DNA of 64,000 nt from Amphiscolops sp. MND2022 (Eukaryota): assembly GCA_964187785.1 (NCBI GenBank), contig OZ076409.1, positions 35,156,001 to 35,220,000 of the forward strand. Direction: 5' to 3'. This document shows positions 60,001 to 64,000 of this stretch, piece by piece (the stretch's first letter is position 1; each line of letters opens with the position of its first letter). The notes under the pieces were generated by a model that did no database searches, was not told the DNA's origin, and saw nothing but the letters and a program-made list of their open reading frames with translations. Both the position numbers and the translations under genes were made by a program.

Positions 60001-60937
60001 TCTGTAGATTCATTTTGGAAATGGTCCTTAAATTGACCCCAGAGTTGTCAAAATTATTTCCAATTATTGACACTTCTGGTGAAACTACGTGCAATAACAA
60101 ACCGGGATCGCTCAACTTTCCTAAATTTGCAAAAGACCTAGTTTCAAGCTTTTACCATTTTCTCCGTGCTAAAATTACCTCAAGAATTACGGGTGAGACT
60201 AGGAAACCACTTTTTGCCCAACAGGAATCACAACAACTCGTTTTTTTCAACTTTTCCAGTAAAGTTCTATGATGGCTAAACGAATTTCAGCTCGCAAAAC
60301 TACTTTCTCATGCCGAAATCAGCTATGAAAGCAAGGGTACTCTTTGACCAGATGAAAGTTTCGGAAAGACGCACAGAGTCGAAAAAACTGAAAGTTAGTA
60401 ATTTCTACAATCAATAATCAATAAGAAACTTTTTTCACAATTTAACATTCGTGGGGAACGTGAAAAAGGAATTCAAAATGCAAAGCTGACGCAATATACG
60501 TGGTAACGTAAACAGGCTGATAGCATTTGTTTTCAAAATTATCCACACAAAATGACAATGAAAGCTTTTTGGAAAGCCAAGTCACATTTTTAGGATACCA
60601 CTGTACATGTACATCACTGTTACGCTGTGGTAAAAGTCCAAGTTTAAAACTGGAAAGCCTTTTCGAAAACTATTGAAAACTTTTTAAAAACTGAGCTATG
60701 AATTTCGATTTTATAACTTTTTCCTAAACAACATTTTTGACAAGTTAGTAGATTTGACGACAATGAGGTCGGCCTGATTAGTGTATACACATTTTCATTT
60801 GATTTTGAACCCTTCCCTGTCATGTGGGATGATAGGAAATTCGGGAGATCAGATCAGATTGAATGTAGTAATGTTTTGCACTTTCTCCTCACCTGACACA
60901 CAGTAAATAGCAAGAGTACAGATGGAATAGAAGTCAT
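44745..60937 (-). CDS. L1CAM/neuroglian/NrCAM-family cell adhesion molecule (FN3 x about 4.5, TM, Bravo/FIGQY-type tail); 11-exon model, about 638 aa
   Basis: Exons on -: 60937-60893, 57087-56928, 56817-56741, 56656-56416, 56026-55908, 54380-54185, 53769-53455, 52824-52699, 51067-50873, 45569-45432, 45049-44745. All are GT-AG and phase-consistent, totalling 1917 nt. The tail contains YRVREQE, FEEY and FNEDGSFLDAY (L1-family FNEDGSFIGQY). The first exon is the least certain. Confidence 0.8.
45432..45569 (-). CDS. L1-like gene transmembrane exon
   Basis: VPLFIALFALVLLLVIAVLGVFYW followed by basic RKNRSHPYR; phase 1-1 exon. Confidence 0.92.
47189..47655. mobile_element. Tc1/mariner-type MITE
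   Basis: About 29-bp TIRs CAGTACTGTGATTAAGAAAACGTCCCCC / GGGGGACGATTTCTTAATCACAGTACTG, flanked by TA on both sides. Confidence 0.85.
47718..47790 (+). pseudogene. tRNA-derived (SINE-like or pseudo-tRNA) fragment
   Basis: A-box-like TGGCACCACAGTGG, B-box GGTTCGAATC, then T-runs; no proper acceptor stem. Confidence 0.4.
48120..48520. mobile_element. hAT-type MITE
   Basis: TIRs TAGAGGTGCACTGGACA / TGTCCGGTACACCTCTA; 8-bp TSD ATGATGCC; subterminal CCGGCCGGA repeats. Confidence 0.9.
49671..50508 (+). mobile_element. Deleted hAT element retaining a transposase C-terminal dimerisation-domain remnant
   Basis: About 50230-50360 reads ILTILAASPSKASVKRLLGVAGYVQKPRRTRLRRKGFQNLFL (compare hAT PASSASVERLFS...RxRL). 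TAGCGAT repeats lie near both ends; right TIR ACACCTCTG, left end degraded. Confidence 0.7.
50873..51067 (-). CDS. L1-like gene exon, FN3-5 C-terminal half
   Basis: ...SSYDIHLVARNKFGEAMS... (FN3 F/G strands); donor C|GTAAGT. Confidence 0.85.
51615..52206. mobile_element. Family H copy (well preserved) in an L1-like gene intron
   Basis: TTTTTTAGTCGGCGCTTCATGAAGTGAAACGCGAC...GGCGCCGACTTATGCCGTTCCCGGCTTGTT with internal degenerate tandem units. Confidence 0.75.
52699..52824 (-). CDS. L1-like gene exon, FN3-5 N-terminal half
   Basis: GPKKPEAPEVECISPAFNLTIRWTFKQYGKYASSHYIKYRAS, in a frame absent from the ORF track; TTGCAG acceptor, phase 1-1. Confidence 0.85.
53455..53769 (-). CDS. L1-like gene exon, complete FN3-4
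   Basis: SVHAFWLPPSRFNGEFVSY...LPFNSVYRFEVRTRNSLYLSEAS; 315 nt, phase 1-1. Confidence 0.88.
54185..54380 (-). CDS. L1-like gene exon, FN3-3 C-terminal half
   Basis: ELTVTGLLPYTNYSLVLSVHNTEHSASSP (FN3 tyrosine corner LxPxTxY). Confidence 0.9.
54478..54520. repeat. (ATAGT)n degenerate microsatellite
   Basis: TATAGTATAACATAGTATAGTATAGTAAAGTATAGTATAG. Confidence 0.8.
54535..55790. mobile_element. Cluster of three family H elements (head-to-tail pair nested in a third)
   Basis: Copies at about 54723-55220 and 55220-55748 are joined directly (GCGCCGACTAAAAACAAGCCGAGAACGGCC); host fragments lie at 54535-54722 and 55749-55790. Confidence 0.7.
55908..56026 (-). CDS. L1-like gene exon, FN3-3 N-terminal half
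   Basis: EPVSYPVMLPHQGQSEPRQITVKFKSMSQKDINGKFLFYK; donor AAG|GTAAAT. Confidence 0.85.
56416..56656 (-). CDS. L1-like gene exon, FN3-2 C-terminal part
   Basis: ...WSDLDPYTEHRVEAWFSNKQG...GFNSAA; phase 0-1. Confidence 0.85.
56741..56817 (-). CDS. L1-like gene exon, FN3-2 N-terminal part
   Basis: PTKMIESLTVQPDKNDPSKIFVSWD; donor GAT|GTAAGT. Confidence 0.85.
56928..57087 (-). CDS. L1-like gene exon, FN3-1 C-terminal half
   Basis: GNDGPF...FSPGVDYGFRVRTINQYGPSDYSVPITFRTDDA, which resembles the end of L1-family FN3-1. Confidence 0.88.
58200..59960. repeat. Inverted, diverged copy of the 40050-42240 repeat family
   Basis: TTCGATAGACTTCGTGGATTAGAATGTTGAAA units; the ends match 42160-42230 and 40240-40320 in reverse complement. 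Confidence 0.65.
60893..60937 (-). CDS. Putative start/signal-peptide exon of the L1-like gene (MTSIPSVLLLFTVCQ)
   Basis: AAG-ATG context with in-frame stops upstream. Strong donor CAG|GTGAGG is phase 0, matching the exon at 57087. An acceptor (TTTTCAG, exon start 60972) implies a further 5'-UTR exon. Confidence 0.5.
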
Positions 60938-62832
60938 CTTACCCCAGGCTTATAAAACACAGTGTCTTCACTCTGAAAACACGGCCAAACACAATACAAC
61001 ACGACTTGGATCCCATTAAAAGAAGAGGAATTTTGATAGATTGCACACTTGACATTACAGAGCTATTCCAAAATGTTTCTAAAACACACGTCTTCAAACT
61101 TTCATTGCAATCTCAATGATCGGAAGATCTTAGTTTTCAATCTTCTCATTTCAGAAGTTCTTGAACTGAATGTGAGTTGCCTCAATTTAGAACAGCTCCG
61201 TAATTTCAAAGGGACATCAAGCACCCGCGTTTCATGGCCTAGAGTTCTGTGCCTCTTTCTCCGAATCCGCCTCCTCCTTTTCCCTCCATGTCATCATCAT
61301 AAGATCAGTCAGAAAAAGACGCTACACTAAACTGAAACTGCATTTTCCAACAACAACATCAGTCACTAACCGTCGCCACCTTTATCATGGTGCCACTTTC
61401 ATCCTGCAAATCAAAGTGCAATCCTATTTCACACGGGGCCTCATTGATTTCAGGTAAAGTACTCAGTATTTTATATACTACATGTAGGACGTTCTATTTC
61501 ATCATCAACAACAATGACCGTATTCAGCAAGGATCAATTTTACGTGCGGCAATATTGAACTTTAAAGTACGATTTTGGAAATTACAACTTTCAAAAAAGT
61601 GCGAAACGTTTGCAAACAACTAACGCATTTTTGTACAATGAAGACAACAGATTTCTTCACAACCGATATGAATTTGAGTTTCGAATTAAAGAGAGTTTCT
61701 CTGATAAGATGCGATGAAATATTTTAAAGAGCTCGTTGTGTCGATGGATCTTTTCTACGGTGCAGCATGATACAGCTCAAGACAAAATGATGATAACCAA
61801 AAATATACACCAAATGCATTAAACAGGATCAATCACTTTCAAAATTTACACTACTGTTAAGTTTTTTGGTTCCAAACAATCAAATTTGCAACAAAAATAG
61901 CAACAATGTCTACATAAAGCTCGGTGATTCTACAATGGCATATAAAACTTGAAAAAACAATGTTATCAACTTTTACTAATCCCATCATGGAAATGATTTT
62001 ATTCGAAACTGAGAAGCACTGCAGTAGTTTTAATAGCTAGGGGTCAAAAGGTCAAGTGAACAAAAAATACCCAACAAAAACATCGTTGTTAATAAATGGG
62101 ACAAAGGATATGGGATCATGTCTATTATGTAAACAGTCGTTGAAACATTCGCCATCGTCAACTGCCACTTGCTTATTCATGTCATGTCATTGCCCCAAGC
62201 GAGTTACCATCTTTACATTATCATATATATGTACTCGCACGCGTCATTTCATGTTAAGTAAAGCCAAAAGTCTGTTCAGTTCGAGTGAGTATAACGCAAT
62301 TGGTCCGAATTGTGGTTATCGATGAGGTAACAATTACACAAAATTCAATACTATACCTGAAAGAAGTGATCCTAAGATTGCACACTTTCACTTCCTTTTT
62401 ATGCTTGTGAATTTAACCGAATCATTTCATTCAATAGAATACTAAACAAACTATGAATCCTGCAACACACTTTTACTTGAAAAATTTAATATCAATTCCC
62501 ATTTGAGTACTACTTTTCCTTCTAGAATGTGGTTTATATTTTCTGTCGACACAATGGGCGTGTTTCTTCTAGGGCGGCTTCTATTGAATTTCTGGAAGTA
62601 CACTTTGCAAAGCAAGGTTATTTTGAGCTAATATGTCAGAATTTACCGTAAGAAGAAAATGCTAAAGTTTTGTGACTTTGGTGCCACTCATTTTTGACGA
62701 AAATAGTCAAAATTTCATAAAATAATCTATCTATATTACGAGGCAAATTTTGGTGCACGTTAATTCTACGCAATGGCCATTATTGGACGGATCAGCTGAA
62801 AACTGGACATGGCAAAAAACGCTTCGGAAAAG

Positions 62833-63656
62833 AAACAAGCCAGGGTCGGTCCAAGTCGGCGAACCGCTCAAGGTTCAAAAAGCAAAGTGTTTTGAATATG
62901 CAGAGACAATATTGTGAAAAACTTTGTATCAAATTTACAGCACCGAAACATACCCAAAGGGATAACAATGAGGCTCGAAAACCGCTTTTCCCCGACTGGA
63001 AACATCAAAACGAATTCTTCAAAAAAATTCTCGGAAGAATATCTCAGTGTTAAACGGTTTTTCAAGCCGAAAACATTCATGAAAGTAAAGGGGTACCCTT
63101 TGATCAATTGAAAATTGTTTCGAAAGTAAGTCGCATAATGCAAGGAAAAAGGCGTAGGTCTTTTTTACAATTATTGAGAAAACAGTCATCAGTCCCACGG
63201 GACCAAAGATCACTCAGAGAGGTTATTCTCAAGACTTAGAAAATGGTTTTCAAAAAATGTCTTCGATAAGTCGTATAGTGCCGAAAAACTCTAAGGGGAA
63301 CCTCGCAAAACGCTTTGTTTCTGCAAAAAAAATTGAGAGATTGGGTTTCGTTCAAAAAAAATCAAGAAAGTCGCATAGTACCGAAACAAACCCAAAGGGG
63401 GCCCTTTGGTCTTTCCTCTAACTTTGCTTCAATAAAAACTTTGTTTAGTGAGGGACTCGAACCGCTCGGACTGCTGCTTCTCAGGCCGCATCACCAGGCC
63501 TGGAAATCCGCATTAACCACTGGGTCAAATGGCGGGCGAACTTTTGTCAAAATTTATACCAAATTCCAAATTTATAAAAGTGGACGTTTGAGAGTGATTG
63601 AAAACTTGCCACTGTAAGAGTCGTGCAATTTTTTGCAAAAAGCGCCAACTAAAAAT
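62833..63656. mobile_element. Family H copy
   Basis: AAACAAGCCAGGGTCGGTCCAAGTCGGCG...AAAAGCGCCAACTAAAAA; similar to 9672-10281. Confidence 0.65.
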
Positions 63657-63754
63657 ACCTTAACACATCAGGTGAATCATAGAACCACGTTTTTAGTTTA
63701 TTTTCGCACCTCAGGTCAATTGATGTGGAACTCAAAAATTCAAAACATTTTCTG

Positions 63755-63883
63755 ATCACAACTGTAAGCCAATGGATTCTGTGCCATAAATCCTGATGTT
63801 ATCACAACTGAAAGCCAATGGATTCCGTGCTACAAAGCTTGATTTTATCACAACTGAAAGCCAATGGATTCTGTGCTACAAAG
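63755..63883. repeat. Minisatellite, about 46-bp unit x3
   Basis: ATCACAACTG(T/A)AAGCCAATGGATTC(T/C)GTGC at about 63755, 63801 and 63847. Confidence 0.85.
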
Positions 63884-64000
63884 ATCAAACCGAAACTAGA
63901 TCATGACAACAACCAGTCAAAGTTACATTTCCATTTACACCGATCAGATAGGTACGCGAGAAATGAAATGCTTGAAAAAAACCGCACGGCAAAAATCTTT

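Noticed and set aside
63755..63883. Repeat array resembling CRISPR
   Set aside because: Only three units, the spacer parts are themselves similar, there are no cas genes and the context is eukaryotic; it is a minisatellite.

Overview
AT-rich, repeat-dense, intron-containing eukaryotic (animal) DNA; no prokaryotic operons, CRISPR arrays or rRNA genes are visible. Two convergent spliced genes were reconstructed by hand with phase-consistent GT-AG junctions. (1) A + strand 7-exon gene (9256-22930, about 439 aa) encodes a calmodulin-like core (three intact EF-hand loops, one degenerate) with long N- and C-terminal extensions. (2) A - strand L1CAM/neuroglian-family adhesion gene (stop 44745, exons up to 57087, probable start exon near 60.9 kb) has about 4.5 FN3 domains, a TM helix and a tail with a divergent FIGQY motif (FLDAY); the best model is signal peptide plus FN3 only, with no Ig domains. 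Between them lies an 8.6-kb internally deleted Ty3/Gypsy-type LTR element (30852-39418, 1.8-kb LTRs, TSD TCAAG). Its gag starts inside the LTR and it carries two divergent extra ORFs. It appears nested in the LTR of a second gypsy-type element. Introns and intergenic DNA hold a decayed LINE, several hAT and Tc1-type MITEs with clear TSDs, and about 15 copies of a Helentron/DINE-1-like non-autonomous family. All calls come from reading the sequence by eye; no database searches or alignments were run.
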